From NCBI GenBank assembly GCA_032718475.1, contig JAUCBJ010002587.1:62001-126000 (forward strand): DNA of 64,000 nucleotides. Reading direction: 5' to 3'. The translations under genes and the position numbers were made by a program. This document shows, in pieces, positions 15,201 to 29,500 of the stretch. This DNA comes from Nemertoderma westbladi (taxonomy: Eukaryota > Animalia > Xenacoelomorpha). The number at the start of each line of letters is the position of its first letter. Position 1 is the stretch's first letter. The notes under the pieces were generated by a model. The model saw only the letters and a list, made by a program, of their open reading frames with translations. It made no database searches and was not told where the DNA came from.

Positions 15201-18200
15201 TTATTACTATTATGGTAGCATACTAATTATGTGTGCGGGATATCAATATTATGGTTGCATACCGTTTCTATGTGCGGGATATCAATATTATGGTTGCATA
15301 CCGTTTATGTGTGCGGGATATCAATATTATGGTTGCATACCGTTTCTATGTGCGGGATATCAATATTATGGTTGCATACCGTTTCTATGTGCGGGATATC
15401 AATATTATGGTTGCATACCGTTTATGTGTGCGGGATATCAATATTATGGTTGCATACCGTTTCTATGTGCGGGATATCAATATTATGGTTGCATACCGTT
15501 TCTATATATCCGGGATATCAATATTATGGTTGCATACCGTTTCTATGTGCGGGATATCAATATTATGGTTGCATACCGTTTATGTGTGCGGGATATCAAT
15601 ATTATGGTTGCATACCGTTTCTATGTGCGGGATATCAATATTATGGTTGCATACCGTTTCTATATATCCGGGATATCAATATTATGGTTGCATACCGTTT
15701 CTATGTGCGGGATATCAATATTATGGTTGCATACCGTTTATGTGTGCGGGATATCAATATTATGGTTGCATACCGTTTCTATGTGCGGGATATCAATATT
15801 ATGGTTGCATACCGTTTCTATATATCCGGGATATCAATATTATGGTGGCATACCGTTATGTGTTCGGGTTATCAATATTATGGTTGCATACCGTTTCTAT
15901 GTGCGGGATATCAATATTATGGTTGCATACCGTTTCTATGTGCGGGATATCAATATTATGGTTGCATACCGTTTCTATGTGCGGGATATCAATATTATGG
16001 TTGCATACCGTTTCTATATATCCGGGATATCAATATTATGGTTGCATACCGTTTCTATATATCCGGGATATCAATATTATGGTGGCATACCGTTATGTGT
16101 TCGGGTTATCAATATTATGGTTGCATACCGTTTCTATGTGCGGGATATCAATATTATGGTTGCATACCGTTTCTATGTGCGGGATATCAATATTATGGTT
16201 GCATACCGTTTCTATATATCCGGGATATCAATATTATGGTTGCATACCGTTTCTATGTGCGGGATATCAATATTATGGTTGCATACCGTTTCTATATATC
16301 CGGGATATCAATATTATGGTTGCATACCGTTTCTATATATCCGGGATATCAATATTATGGTGGCATACCGTTATGTGTTCGGGTTATCAATATTATGGTT
16401 GCATACCGTTTCTATGTGCGGGATATCAATATTATGGTTGCATACCGTTTCTATATATCCGGGATATCAATATTATGGTGGCATACCGTTATGTGTTCGG
16501 GTTATCAATATTATGGTTGCATACCGTTTCTATGTGCGGGATATCAATATTATGGTTGCATACCGTTTCTATATATCCGGGATATCAATATTATGGTTGC
16601 ATACCGTTTCTATATATCCGGGATATCAATATTATGGTGGCATACCGTTATGTGTTCGGGTTATCAATATTATGGTTGCATACCGTTTCTATGTGCGGGA
16701 TATCAATATTATGGTTGCATACCGTTTCTATGTGCGGGATATCAATATTATGGTTGCATACCGTTTCTATATATCCGGGATATCAATATTATGGTTGCAT
16801 ACCGTTTCTATGTGCGGGATATCAATATTATGGTTGCATACCGTTTCTATATATCCGGGATATCAATATTATGGTTGCATACCGTTTCTATATATCCGGG
16901 ATATCAATATTATGGTGGCATACCGTTATGTGTTCGGGTTATCAATATTATGGTTGCATACCGTTTCTATGTGCGGGATATCAATATTATGGTTGCATAC
17001 CGTTTCTATGTGCGGGATATCAATATTATGGTTGCATACCGTTTCTATATATCCGGGATATCAATATTATGGTTGCATACCGTTTCTATATATCCGGGAT
17101 ATCAATATTATGGTGGCATACCGTTATGTGTTCGGGTTATCAATATTATGGTTGCATACCGTTTCTATGTGCGGGATATCAATATTATGGTTGCATACCG
17201 TTTCTATGTGCGGGATATCAATATTATGGTTGCATACCGTTTCTATGTGCGGGATATCAATATTATGGTTGCATACCGTTTCTATGTGCGGGATATCAAT
17301 ATTATGGTTGCATACCGTTTCTATGTGCGGGATATCAATATTATGGTTGCATACCGTTTCTATGTGCGGGATATCAATATTATGGTTGCATACCGTTTCT
17401 ATGTGCGGGATATCAATATTATGGTTGCATACCGTTTCTATGTGCGGGATATCAATATTATGGTTGCATACCGTTTCTATGTGCGGGATATCAATATTAT
17501 GGTTGCATACCGTTTCTATGTGCGGGATATCAATATTATGGTTGCATACCGTTTCTATGTGCGGGATATCAATATTATGGTTGCATACCGTTTCTATGTG
17601 CGGGATATCAATATTATGGTTGCATACCGTTTCTATATATCCGGGATATCAATATTATGGTTGCATACCGTTTCTATGTGCGGGATATCAATATTATGGT
17701 TGCATACCGTTTCTATGTGCGGGATATCAATATTATGGTTGCATACCGTTTCTATATATCCGGGATATCAATATTATGGTTGCATACCGTTTCTATGTGC
17801 GGGATATCAATATTATGGTTGCATACCGTTTCTATATATCCGGGATATCAATATTATGGTTGCATACCGTTTCTATATATCCGGGATATCAATATTATGG
17901 TGGCATACCGTTATGTGTTCGGGTTATCAATATTATGGTTGCATACCGTTTCTATGTGCGGGATATCAATATTATGGTTGCATACCGTTTCTATGTGCGG
18001 GATATCAATATTATGGTTGCATACCGTTTCTATATATCCGGGATATCAATATTATGGTTGCATACCGTTTCTATATATCCGGGATATCAATATTATGGTG
18101 GCATACCGTTATGTGTTCGGGTTATCAATATTATGGTTGCATACCGTTTCTATGTGCGGGATATCAATATTATGGTTGCATACCGTTTCTATGTGCGGGA

Positions 18201-21200
18201 TATCAATATTATGGTTGCATACCGTTTCTATGTGCGGGATATCAATATGGTAGCATACCAATTATGTGTGCGGGATATCAATATTATGGTTGCATACCGT
18301 TTCTATGTGCGGGATATCAATATTATGGTTGCATACCGTTTCTATGTGCGGGATATCAACATTATGGTTGCATACCGTTTCTATGTACGGGTTATTACTA
18401 TTATGGTAGCATACTAATTATGTGTGCGGGATATCAATATTATGGTTGCATACCGTTTCTATGTGCGGGATATCAACATTATGGTTGCATACCGTTTATG
18501 TGTGCGGGATATCAATATTATGGTGGCATACCGTTTATGTGTGCGGGATATCAATATTATGGTGGCATACCGTTTCTATGTACGGGTTATTACTATTATG
18601 GTAGCATACTAATTATGTGTGCGGGATATCAATATTATGGTTGCATACCGTTTCTAAGAGCGGGATATCAACATTATGGTAGCATACCGTTTATGTGTGC
18701 GGGATATCAATATTATGGTGGCATACCGTTTCTATGTACGGGTTATTACTATTATGGTAGCATACTAATTATGTGTGCGGGATATCAATATTATGGTTGC
18801 ATACCGTTTCTATGTGTGGGATATCAATATTATGGTTGCATACCGTTTCTATGTGCGGGATATCAACATTATGGTTGCATACCGTTTCTATGTGCGGGAT
18901 ATCAATATTATTGTTGCATACCATTTATGTGTGCGGGATATCAATATTATGGTTGCATACCGTTTCTATGTGCGGGATATCAACATTATGGTTGCATACC
19001 GTTTCTATGTACGGGTTATTACTATTATGGTAGCATACTAATTATGTGTGCGGGATATCAATATTATGGTTGCATACCGTTTCTATGTGCGGGATATCAA
19101 CATTATGGTTGCATACCGTTTCTATGTGCGGGATATCAACATTATGGTTGCATACCGTTTCTATGTACGGGTTATTACTATTATGGTAGCATACTAATTA
19201 TGTGTGCGGGATATCAATATTATGGTTGCATACCGTTTCTATGTGCGGGATATCAATATTATGGTTGCATACCGTTTCTATGTGCGGGATATCAATATTA
19301 TGGTAGCATACCGTTTATGTGTGCGGGATATCAATATTATGGTTGCATACCGTTTCTATGTGCGGGATATCAATATTATGGTTGCATACCGTTTCTATGT
19401 GCGGGATATCAATATTATGGTAGCATACCGTTTATGTGTGCGGGATATCAATATTATGGTTGCATACCGTTTCTAAGAGCGGGATATCAATATTATGGTG
19501 GCATACCGTTTATGTGTGCGGGATATCAATATTATGGTTGCATACCGTTTCTAAGAGCGGGATATCAATATTATGGTGGCATACCGTTTATGTGAGCGGG
19601 ATATCAATATTATGGTGGCATACCGTTTATGTGAGCGGGATATCAATATTATGGTTGCATACCGTTTCTATGTGCGGGATATCAACATTATGGTTGCATA
19701 CCGTTTCTATGTACGGGTTATTACTATTATGGTAGCATACTAATTATGTGTGCGGGATATCAATATTATGGTTGCATACCGTTTCTATGTGCGGGATATC
19801 AATATTATGGTTGCATACCGTTTCTATGTGCGGGATATCAATATTATGGTGGCATACCGTTTATGTGAGCGGGATATCAATATTATGGTGGCATACCGTT
19901 TATGTGAGCGGGATATCAATATTATGGTTGCATACCGTTTCTATGTGCGGGATATCAACATTATGGTTGCATACCGTTTCTATGTACGGGTTATTACTAT
20001 TATGGTAGCATACTAATTATGTGTGCGGGATATCAATATTATGGTTGCATACCGTTTCTATGTGCGGGATATCAACATTATGGTTGCATACCGTTTCTAT
20101 GTACGGGTTATTACTATTATGGTAGCATACTAATTATGTGTGCGGGATATCAATATTATGGTTGCATACCGTTTCTAAGAGCGGGATATCAATATTATGG
20201 TTGCATACCGTTTCTATGTGCGGGATATCAACATTATGGTTGCATACCGTTTCTATGTACGGGTTATTACTATTATGGTAGCATACTAATTATGTGTGCG
20301 GGATATCAATATTATGGTTGCATACCGTTTCTATGTGCGGGATATCAACATTATGGTTGCATACCGTTTCTATGTACGGGTTATTACTATTATGGTAGCA
20401 TACTAATTATGTGTGCGGGATATCAATATTATGGTTGCATACCGTTTCTATGTGCGGGATATCAACATTATGGTTGCATACCGTTTCTATGTACGGGTTA
20501 TTACTATTATGGTAGCATACTAATTATGTGTGCGGGATATCAATATTATGGTTGCATACCGTTTCTAAGAGCGGGATATCAATATTATGGTTGCATACCG
20601 TTTCTATGTGCGGGATATCAACATTATGGTTGCATACCGTTTCTATGTACGGGTTATTACTATTATGGTAGCATACTAATTATGTGAGCGGGATATCAAT
20701 ATTATGGTTGCATACCGTTTCTATGTGCGGGATATCAATATTATGGTTGCATACCGTTTCTATGTACGGGTTATTACTATTATGGTAGCATACTAATTAT
20801 GTGTGCGGGATATCAATATTATGGTTGCATACCGTTTCTATGTGCGGGATATCAATATTATGGTTGCATACCGTTTCTATGTACGGGTTATTACTATTAT
20901 GGTAGCATACTAATTATGTGTGCGGGATATCAATATTATGGTTGCATACCGTTTCTATGTGCGGGATATCAATATTATGGTGGCATACCGTTTATGTGAG
21001 CGGGATATCAATATTATGGTTGCATACCGTTTCTATGTGCGGGATATCAATATTATGGTTGCATACCGTTTCTATGTGCGGGATATCAATATTATGGTTG
21101 CATACCGTTTCTATGTGCGGGATATCAATATTATGGTTGCATACCGTTTCTATGTGCGGGATATCAATATTATGGTAGCATACCGTTTATGTGTGCGGGA

Positions 21201-21561
21201 TATCAATATTATGGTTGCATACCGTTTCTATGTGCGGGATATCAATATTATGGTTGCATACCGTTTCTATGTGCGGGATATCAATATTATGGTAGCATAC
21301 CGTTTCTGTGTGCGGGATATCAATATTATGGTTGCATACCGTTTCTATGTGCGGGATATCAATATTATGGTGGCATACCGTTTATGTGTGCGGGATATCA
21401 ATATTATGGTTGCATACCGTTTCTATGTGCGGGATATCAATATTATGGTTGCATACCGTTTCTGTGTGCGGGATATCAATATTATGGTTGCATACCGTTT
21501 CTATGTGCGGGATATCAATATTACGGTAGCACACCTTTTCTGTGTGCGGGATATCAATATT
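6261..21561. repeat. 39-bp tandem satellite B (~390 copies)
   Basis: Consensus GGGATATCAATATTATGGTTGCATACCGTTTCTATGTGC. Length variants of 38-41 bp and substitution variants are regionally clustered. Confidence 0.98.
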
Positions 21562-21773
21562 GTACGTAAAAAACCATACGCTGTGTTGTTGAGGGCAAAA
21601 TGTCCGGAAATGCACTGTGTAATTTGTTGAAGGCTCCTCCCATTTCGTTTTTATAATCCTATGAGCTGATGTTTCGTATATATCTAGCGCGGGATGCGTC
21701 TTCGAGAGAACACTGGCTCATGCAACGTTTGTTAATTAAGCTATACTGTTAGAAATGGTTAACAGGCTTGTCT

Positions 21774-21810
21774 ACTAGAAACCGATGACCGAAGGCCACG
21801 GGCTTCTAAT
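21774..21810. other. Imperfect hairpin ending in CTAA/T; candidate Helitron/Helentron (HINE-like) terminus
   Basis: ACTAGAAACCGATGACC-GAA-GGCCACGGGCTTCTAAT: arms pair imperfectly and it ends in CTRR followed by T. It marks the switch to very AT-rich sequence ~250 bp past satellite B. Confidence 0.4.
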
Positions 21811-22761
21811 TTGATACATATAAATCAAATTATTCGTCGCTCATTCGAGTCATTTCCATTGTATATTCATAACGTTTGTAATTGGTTCGCCAAGACCAAA
21901 ATGTAATGTATGAATTGTATTTTATAATGATTAAGATTTATACGAACTTGGCATAAAGATTATTTTTAAATCTGATATCTAAACTTATAAAAGTTACAAA
22001 TTTGTTTAAAAATAGTTATTTTTATGTTACGCAGTATTATCTGGCTATTCTCTTACTTTTCATTAATTTCTTTTTTTGCTCTATCTATTACTCGCACAAT
22101 ATAATAATTTATTTAATATAATATATTTAATTAATAAATAATCACTTTTTGCACAATTTTTTATCACTGAATTGAGTTCCTCGTAACAGTAATTAAGTTA
22201 ATTTTGATTTAGCAGCTGGTGCCTTTAAGATCAAAATTAGTTTAATCAATTAATTTTAGTTACATTAATTGTTTATTTAATATTAAATTCATCTGCTCTT
22301 TTCCGTTAATTTGTAACAATACCGTTTATTATTTTGGTTCGAAAACCTAACCTTTTGTAACATGCCTCGCTCCCTTCCCTTACTTCAATTAATACTGGTA
22401 TGTGGTTTCATGCGCCATTGGAAATTGTAAATTTATTTTTATAAAAAGGCTATTTAATTTTTGCATATTGGTCCATCACGTCATCACTGTTCCGTCCGCA
22501 TTCAGGTCACTTTTCGCTGCATTAATAATTAAAAGAAGTAAAAATTTTAAAATTCTGATTTGCGACTTAGATGGAATGATTCCATGAAATTATAGAAATA
22601 ATTAAAAGGAATTTATTTTTTACCGTATATTTTTTACTTTATTTTATTATTATTATTTAATTACAAAATGTATCTATATTAAACTGATTTAACTAAATTT
22701 CTCGTTTTCTACTAATAAATAAATAAACAGACGCCGCTGAGGCAACAAAACGTCTACATAA

Positions 22762-23106
22762 ATGAGTTCCCATAGCAATAGGAGCGATATTTTCCGTGTA
22801 TTCCTGTATCAATGGAATCAGACAACAGCTGCAGCTGATATCTTAACCACAACGGGATTACCTCACCAGGTTGTTCCACCCACAGTCTACTTCCACTACG
22901 TTAATTTCTTCGTCCTCGGACTAGTGCTACTGTTGCTGATCGTCGGATTCAGTGTGCTCGGAAAAATATTTCGGCTTTATCGGCGTCGTTCATTGAGAAA
23001 TCAAGACGTATGGGTAACCATAGAGATGGTGGCCCCATCTAGTTCGATCTACAACCGGGACCGTAACTCTATGCGATGTACTGACGTCATAATGGTTAAT
23101 GGATAG
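22762..23106 (+). CDS. Possible small single-pass membrane protein ORF or captured exon fragment (114 aa)
   Basis: ATG-to-TAG ORF in a GC-richer island within AT-rich DNA. Hydrophobic segment FFVLGLVLLLLIVGFSVLG is followed by basic KIFRLYRRR. No family recognised. Confidence 0.25.
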   Translation: MSSHSNRSDIFRVFLYQWNQTTAAADILTTTGLPHQVVPPTVYFHYVNFFVLGLVLLLLIVGFSVLGKIFRLYRRRSLRNQDVWVTIEMVAPSSSIYNRDRNSMRCTDVIMVNG

Positions 23107-23157
23107 CGGAATACTCTATGCGATGTACTGACGTCATAATGGTTAATGGATAGCGGA
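23066..23157. repeat. Two-copy direct repeat (45 bp identical, period 47)
   Basis: ACTCTATGCGATGTACTGACGTCATAATGGTTAATGGATAGCGGA at 23066-23110 and 23113-23157. Confidence 0.92.
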
Positions 23158-23531
23158 TTAACTGCTTACGTTGTCGTTGTGTCTGAGTTTCTGTTTATTT
23201 TTGTGGAGTTGAATGTTTCAGCATAAAGGAATATCAATATTTTGTATGCTGATTGTATGTATACGTGCAAGGCGCATCGTTGTCTTTTTCTTTACGGTTT
23301 AGTTGAATTGAGTGCGACCAATTTCATAAATTTTGATGATTATAAAAAAAAGAAATTAATGAAAAATTGTTCAATCAGTGAAAAAAAGAAACGAAATAAT
23401 ATAATTTTAGCAGAAAGGTTTTCATCTCGGTTAATAAAAAATAGATATTAAAGGCAACGAAAGCCCTGCCAGGTTGTTTGAGAGTTTCTGTGTAAGGGAT
23501 AGCATTATAATTATGTTTTGTGTTTTCTATA

Positions 23532-26500
23532 TGCACTTTACTACGGTCTGCTATTAATTGGTTTGTAGTTGACCTTTGTACTTTACTACGGTCTGCTATT
23601 AATTGGTTTGTAGTTGACCTTTGCACTTTACGACGGTCTGCTATTAATGGGTTTGTAGTTGACCTTTGCACTTTACTACGGTCTGCTATTAATTGGTTTG
23701 TAGTTGACCTTTGCACTTTACGACGGTCTGCTATTAATTGGTTTGTAGTTGACCTTTGTACTTTACGACGGTCTGCTATTAATTGGTTTGTAGTTGACCT
23801 TTGCACTTTACGACGGTCTGCTATTAATGGGTTTGTAGTTGACCTTTGCACTTTACGACGGTCTGCTATTAATGGGTTTGTAGTTGACCTTTGCACTTTA
23901 CTACGGTCTGCTATTAATTGGTTTGTAGTTGACCTTTGCACTTTACGTCAGTCTGCTATTAATTGGTTTGTAGTTGACCTTTGCACTTTACGACGGTCTG
24001 CTATTAATTGGTTTGTAGTTGACCTTTGTACTTTACGACGGTCTGCTATTAATTGGTTTGTAGTTGACCTTTGCACTTTACGACGGTCTGCTATTAATGG
24101 GTTTGTAGTTGACCTTTGCACTTTACGACGGTCTGCTATTAATGGGTTTGTAGTTGACCTTTGCACTTTACTACGGTCTGCTATTAATTGGTTTGTAGTT
24201 GACCTTTGCACTTTACGACGGTCTGCTATTAATTGGTTTGTAGTTGACCTTTGCACTTTACGACGGTCTGCTATTAATTGGTTTGTAGTTGACCTTTGGA
24301 CTTTACGTCAGTCTGCTATTAATTGGTTTGTAGTTGACCTTTGTACTTTACGACGGTCTGCTATTAATTGGTTTGTAGTTGACCTTTGCACTTTACTACG
24401 GTCTGCTATTAATTGGTTTGTAGTTGACCTTTGCACTTTACTACGGTCTGCTATTAATTGGTTTGTAGTTGACCTTTGCACTTTACTACGGTCTGCTATT
24501 AATTGGTTTGCAGTTGACCTTTGCACTTTACTACGGTCTGCTATTAATTGGTTTGTAGTTGACCTTTGTACTTTACGACGGTCTGCTATTAATTGGTTTG
24601 TAGTTAACCTTTGTACTTTACTACGGTCTGCTACTAATTGGTTTGTAGTTGACCTTTGCACTTTACGACGGTCTGCTATTAATTGGTTTGTAGTTGACCT
24701 TTGCACTTTACTACGGTCTGCTATTAATTGGTTTGTAGTTGACCTTTGCACTTTACTACGGTCTGCTATTAATTGGTTTGTAGTTGACCTTTGCACTTTA
24801 CTACGGTCTGCTATTAATTGGTTTGTAGTTGACCTTTGCACCTTACTACGGTCTGCTATTAATTGGTTTCTAGTTGACCTTTGCACTTTACGACGGTCTG
24901 CTATTAATTGGTTTGTAGTTGACCTTTGCACTTTACTACGGTCTGCTATTAATTGGTTTGTAGTTGACCTTTGTACTTTACTACGGTCTGCTATTAATTG
25001 GTTTGTAGTTGACCTTTGCACTTTACTACGGTCTGCTATTAATTGGTTTGTAGTTGACCTTTGCACTTTACTACGGTCTGCTATTAATTGGTTTGTAGTT
25101 GACCTTTGCACTTTACTACGGTCTGCTATTAATTGGTTTGTAGTTGACCTTTGTACTTTACTACGGTCTGCTATTAATTGGTTTGTAGTTGACCTTTGCA
25201 CTTTACGACGGTCTGCTATTAATTGGTTTGTAGTTTACCTTTGTACTTTACGACGGTCTGCTATTAATTGGTTTGTAGTTGACCTTTGTACTTTACTACG
25301 GTCTGCTATTAATTGGTTTGTAGTTGACCTTTGCACTTTACGACGGTCTGCTATTAATGGGTTTGTAGTTGACCTTTGTACTTTACTACGGTCTGCTATT
25401 AATTGGTTTGTAGTTTACCTTTGTACTTTACTACGGTCTGCTATTAATGGGTTTGTAGTTGACCTTTGTACTTTACTACGGTCTGCTATTAATTGGTTTG
25501 TAGTTGACCTTTGTACTTTACGACGGTCTGCTATTAATTGGTTTGTAGTTGACCTTTGCACTTTACTACGGTCTGCTATTAATTGGTTTGTAGTTGACCT
25601 TTGTACTTTACTACGGTCTGCTATTAATTGGTTTGTAGTTGACCTTTGCACTTTACTACGGTCTGCTATTAATTGGTTTGTAGTTGACCTTTGCACTTTA
25701 CTACGGTCTGCTATTAATTGGTTTGTAGTTGACCTTTGCACTTTACTACGGTCTGCTATTAATTGGTTTGTAGTTGACCTTTGCACTTTACGACGGTCTA
25801 CTATTAATTGGTTTGTAGTTGACCTTTGTACTTTACGACGGTCTGCTATTAATTGGTTTGTAGTTGACCTTTGTACTTTACGACGGTCTGCTATTAATTG
25901 GTTTGTAGTTTACCTTTGTACTTTACTACGGTCTGCTATTAATTGGTTTGTAGTTGACCTTTGTACTTTACGACGGTCTGCTATTAATTGGTTTGTAGTT
26001 GACCTTTGTACTTTACGACGGTCTGCTATTAATTGGTTTGTAGTTTACCTTTGTACTTTACTACGGTCTGCTATTAATTGGTTTGTAGTTGACCTTTGTA
26101 CTTTACGACGGTCTACTATTAATTGGTTTGTAGTTGACCTTTGCACTTTACTACGGTCTGCTATTAATTGGTTTGTAGTTGACCTTTGCACTTTACTACG
26201 GTCTGCTATTAATTGGTTTGTAGTTGACCTTTGTTTGCACTTTACTACGGTCTGCTATTAATTGGTTCGTAGTTGACCTTTGTACTTTACTACGGTCTGC
26301 TATTTATTGGTTTGTAGTTGACCTTTGTACTTTACTACGGTCTGCTATTAATTGGTTTGTAGTTGACCTTTGTACTTTACTACGGTCTGCTATTAATTGG
26401 TTTGTAGTTGACCTTTGTACTTTACTACGGTCTGCTATTAATTGGTTTGTAGTTGACCTTTGTACTTTACTACGGTCTGCTATTAATTGGTTTGTAGTTG

Positions 26501-29500
26501 ACCTTTGTACTTTACTACGGTCTGCTATTAATTGGTTTGTAGTTGACCTTTGTACTTTACGACGGTCTACTATTAATTGGTTTGTAGTTGACCTTTGCAC
26601 TTTACTACGGTCTGCTATTAATTGGTTTGTAGTTGACCTTTGCACTTTACTACGGTCTGCTATTAATTGGTTTGTAGTTGACCTTTGCACTTTACTACGG
26701 TCTGCTATTAATTGGTTTGTAGTTGACCTTTGCACTTTACGACGGTCTGCTATTAATTGGTTTGTAGTTGACCTTTGCACTTTACTACGGTCTGCTATTA
26801 ATTGGTTTGTAGTTGACCTTTGCACTTTACGACGGTCTGCTATTAATTGGTTTGTAGTTGACCTTTGCACTTTACTACGGTCTGCTATTAATTGGTTTGT
26901 AGTTGACCTTTGCACTTTACGACGGTCTGCTATTAATTGGTTTGTAGTTGACCTTTGTACTTTACGACGGTCTACTATTAATTGGTTTGTAGTTGACCTT
27001 TGCACTTTACTACGGTCTGCTATTAATTGGTTTGTAGTTGACCTTTGCACTTTACTACGGTCTGCTATTAATTGGTTTGTAGTTGACCTTTGCACTTTAC
27101 TACGGTCTGCTATTAATTGGTTTGTAGTTGACCTTTGCACTTTACGACGGTCTGCTATTAATTGGTTTGTAGTTGACCTTTGCACTTTACTACGGTCTGC
27201 TATTAATGGGTTTGTAGTTGACCTTTGCACTTTACGACGGTCTGCTATTAATTGGTTTGTAGTTGACCTTTGCACTTTACTACGGTCTGCTATTAATTGG
27301 TTTGTAGTTGACCTTTGCACTTTACTACGGTCTGCTATTAATTGGTTTGTAGTTGACCTTTGTACTTTACTACGGTCTGCTATTAATTGGTTTGTAGTTG
27401 ACCTTTGTACTTTACTACGGTCTGCTATTAATTGGTTTGTAGTTGACCTTTGTACTTTACTACGGTCTGCTATTAATTGGTTTGTAGTTGACCTTTGTAC
27501 TTTACTACGGTCTGCTATTAATTGGTTTGTAGTTGACCTTTGCACTTTACGACGGTCTGCTATTAATTGGTTTGTAGTTGACCTTTGCACTTTACTACGG
27601 TCTGCTATTAATTGGTTTGTAGTTTACCTTTGTACTTTACTACGGTCTGCTATTAATTGGTTTGTAGTTGACCTTTGCACTTTACGACGGTCTGCTATTA
27701 ATTGGTTTGTAGTTGACCTTTGCACTTTACGACGGTCTGCTATTAATTGGTTTGCAGTTGACCTTTGCACTTTACTACGGTCTGCTATTAATTGGTTTGT
27801 AGTTGACCTTTGTACTTTACGACGGTCTACTATTAATTGGTTTGTAGTTGACCTTTGCACTTTACGACGGTCTGCTATTAATTGGTTTGTAGTTGACCTT
27901 TGCACTTTACTACGGTCTGCTATTAATTGGTTTGTAGTTGACCTTTGTACTTTACGACGGTCTACTATTAATTGGTTTGTAGTTGACCTTTGTACTTTAC
28001 GACGGTCTACTATTAATTGGTTTGTAGTTGACCTTTGCACTTTACTACGGTCTGCTATTAATTGGTTTGTAGTTGACCTTTGTACTTTACGACGGTCTAC
28101 TATTAATTGGTTTGTAGTTGACCTTTGTACTTTACTACGGTCTGCTATTAATTGGTTTGTAGTTGACCTTTGCACTTTACTACGGTCTGCTATTAATTGG
28201 TTTGTAGTTGACCTTTGCACTTTACTACGGTCTGCTATTAATTGGTTTGTAGTTGACCTTTGCACTTTACTACGGTCTGCTATTAATTGGTTTGTAGTTG
28301 ACCTTTGCACTTTACTACGGTCTGCTATTAATTGGTTTGTAGTTGACCTTTGCACTTTACGACGGTCTGCTATTAATTGGTTTGTAGTTGACCTTTGTAC
28401 TTTACTACGGTCTGCTATTAATGGGTTTGTAGTTGACCTTTGTACTTTACTACGGTCTGCTATTAATTGGTTTGTAGTTGACCTTTGCACTTTACTACGG
28501 TCTGCTATTAATTGGTTTGTAGTTGACCTTTGCACTTTACTACGGTCTGCTATTAATTGGTTTGTAGTTGACCTTTGCACTTTACTACGGTCTGCTATTA
28601 ATTGGTTTGTAGTTGACCTTTGTACTTTACTACGGTCTGCTATTAATTGGTTTGTAGTTGACCTTTGCACTTTACTACGGTCTGCTATTAATTGGTTTGT
28701 AGTTGACCTTTGCACTTTACTACGGTCTGCTATTAATTGGTTTGTAGTTGACCTTTGCACTTTACTACGGTCTGCTATTAATTGGTTTGTAGTTGACCTT
28801 TGCACTTTACTACGGTCTGCTATTAATTGGTTTGTAGTTGACCTTTGCACTTTACGACGGTCTGCTATTAATTGGTTTGTAGTTGACCTTTGCACTTTAC
28901 GACGGTCTGCTATTAATTGGTTTGTAGTTGACCTTTGTACTTTACTACGTTCTACTATTAATTGGTTTGTAGTTGACCTTTGCACTTTACGACGGTCTGC
29001 TATTAATTGGTTTGTAGTTGACCTTTGTACTTTACTACGGTCTGCTATTAATTGGTTTGTAGTTGACCTTTGTACTTTACTACGGTCTGCTATTAATTGG
29101 TTTGTAGTTGACCTTTGTACTTTACTACGGTCTGCTATTAATTGGTTTGTAGTTGACCTTTGTACTTTACTACGGTCTGCTATTAATTGGTTTGTAGTTG
29201 ACCTTTGCACTTTACGACGGTCTGCTATTAATTGGTTTGTAGTTGACCTTTGCACTTTACGACGGTCTGCTATTAATTGGTTTGTAGTTGACCTTTGCAC
29301 TTTACGACGGTCTGCTATTAATTGGTTTGTAGTTAACCTTTGTACTTTACTACGGTCTGCTACTAATTGGTTTGTAGTTGACCTTTGTACTTTACTACGG
29401 TCTGCTATTAATTGGTTTGTAGTTGACCTTTGTACTTTACTACGGTCTGCTATTAATTGGTTTGTAGTTGACCTTTGCACTTTACGACGGTCTGCTATTA

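Noticed and set aside
6057-21630. Overlapping long ORFs in all three + frames of satellite B (CAGYQYYGCIPF etc.)
   Set aside because: Artefact of a 39-bp monomer with no stops on this strand; frequent 1-bp indels switch frames freely, which argues against coding selection.
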